From Octopus sinensis (lineage: Eukaryota): 64,000 nucleotides of DNA. This document shows positions 63,101 through 64,000 of this stretch, piece by piece; positions within the stretch are counted from its first letter, which is position 1; each line of letters begins with the position of its first letter. The stretch lies in assembly GCF_006345805.1 (NCBI RefSeq), contig NC_043001.1:65844001-65908000 (forward strand), given 5' to 3'. The position numbers and the translations under genes are program-made. Under the pieces are notes generated by a model. That model ran no database searches. It saw only the letters and a list, made by a program, of their open reading frames with translations, and was not told the DNA's origin.

Positions 63101-64000
63101 AGGACTATTATAGGAGACAGGCAAAAGTAGGTCTTGTCTCTTGTAAAGCAAGAGGAACAAAGAACGATAATCGCTGGTCACGTGTGAGCACTGAGAGAGT
63201 CACGGAGGAAGAGGGAGGGAAAAAGAGGGAGAGAAAGAGAACAGTGAAGGGGAGGAGAAGAAAAACAAAAAGAAAGAATAATAATAGCGGAATAAAGGGA
63301 GAATAGAGATAGTTGTAGAATGCGCATTAGAATTATTAAGATATAACTTACTTGAAAATGGATGTGTGAAACTTTAATTAGTTCCTCTTAAAGATGACTT
63401 CTCTCATTCTCACAGGACAGCCTTTACCTAAAACAATAAACCCATTTGTCTTTAGAGAAATATAAACTATTAAAACTATATATCGAAATGATTTTCTGCT
63501 AGTGTACACGATCTGAATTTTATTATGTCCTTCAATTTTATTATTTAACTTTGTTTTTATGTATCCGTGTTCGGATCAGGTGTCAATCGCTTTATCATAA
63601 TATTTGCGAATATTTACTGAAAACAATCATGGACTAATCTCCCTGCGGAAATATATCTTCAGTATTAAAATCCACACATATCTAAGGATTCATAATTAAA
63701 TTGGTTTGCCAATTTTATCTTAGAGATCTTTTATTCTACTCAAAATGAAAGAGTTCTAACTTGTAGTAATACAGAAGCTTGACAAATGAATAATACCATC
63801 TTTAACATTCACACGAATATGTCAAATGCCTTTGATTTTAGGACTATTTCAACTACTTTTCTTTTTGATGATTATTATACTTTTCATAAAATAATCGACA
63901 TGTCTCCATAAATCTCAATAAAACTAATATTTCTGGGAATAGTTTAGTCTGTCTCGTCACAGCAGTAGGCAGTCCATGCTGAATAAATCTTAGCAAGTGT

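Noticed and set aside
63330-64000. Possible decayed RT fragment on the minus strand
   Set aside because: Motif similarity is too weak to call.

Overview
Eukaryotic, AT-rich, repeat-saturated genomic DNA. The SINE families and extreme (TA)n/(TG)n/(TAA)n density suggest an octopus (coleoid cephalopod); this is inference from sequence character only. I found no confident host protein-coding gene, rRNA, genuine tRNA or CRISPR array, and most ORFs in the track are microsatellite artefacts. The recognisable coding sequence is all decayed transposable elements: a GC-rich CR1-type LINE (1-4380, -), four Penelope-like elements (PLEs) with GIY-YIG endonuclease, a Chapaev3 DNA transposon with an intron, mariner/Tc1 remnants, R4/Dong fragments, a Tx1/L1-type LINE, RTE fragments and many tRNA-headed SINEs. 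The main non-obvious signal is RNA-structural: about nine type-I hammerhead ribozyme motifs of several sequence families, two fully canonical. They lie in PLE terminal repeats and in non-coding, microsatellite-flanked units. One of these units is a 4.16-kb AT-rich dumbbell (12451-16606) whose ends join precisely as a circular permutation, suggesting a PLE-mobilised, retrozyme-like circular-RNA system. A 415-bp near-perfect hairpin, a palindromic mariner derivative and a candidate 72-nt host exon are also present. All coordinates were read by eye.
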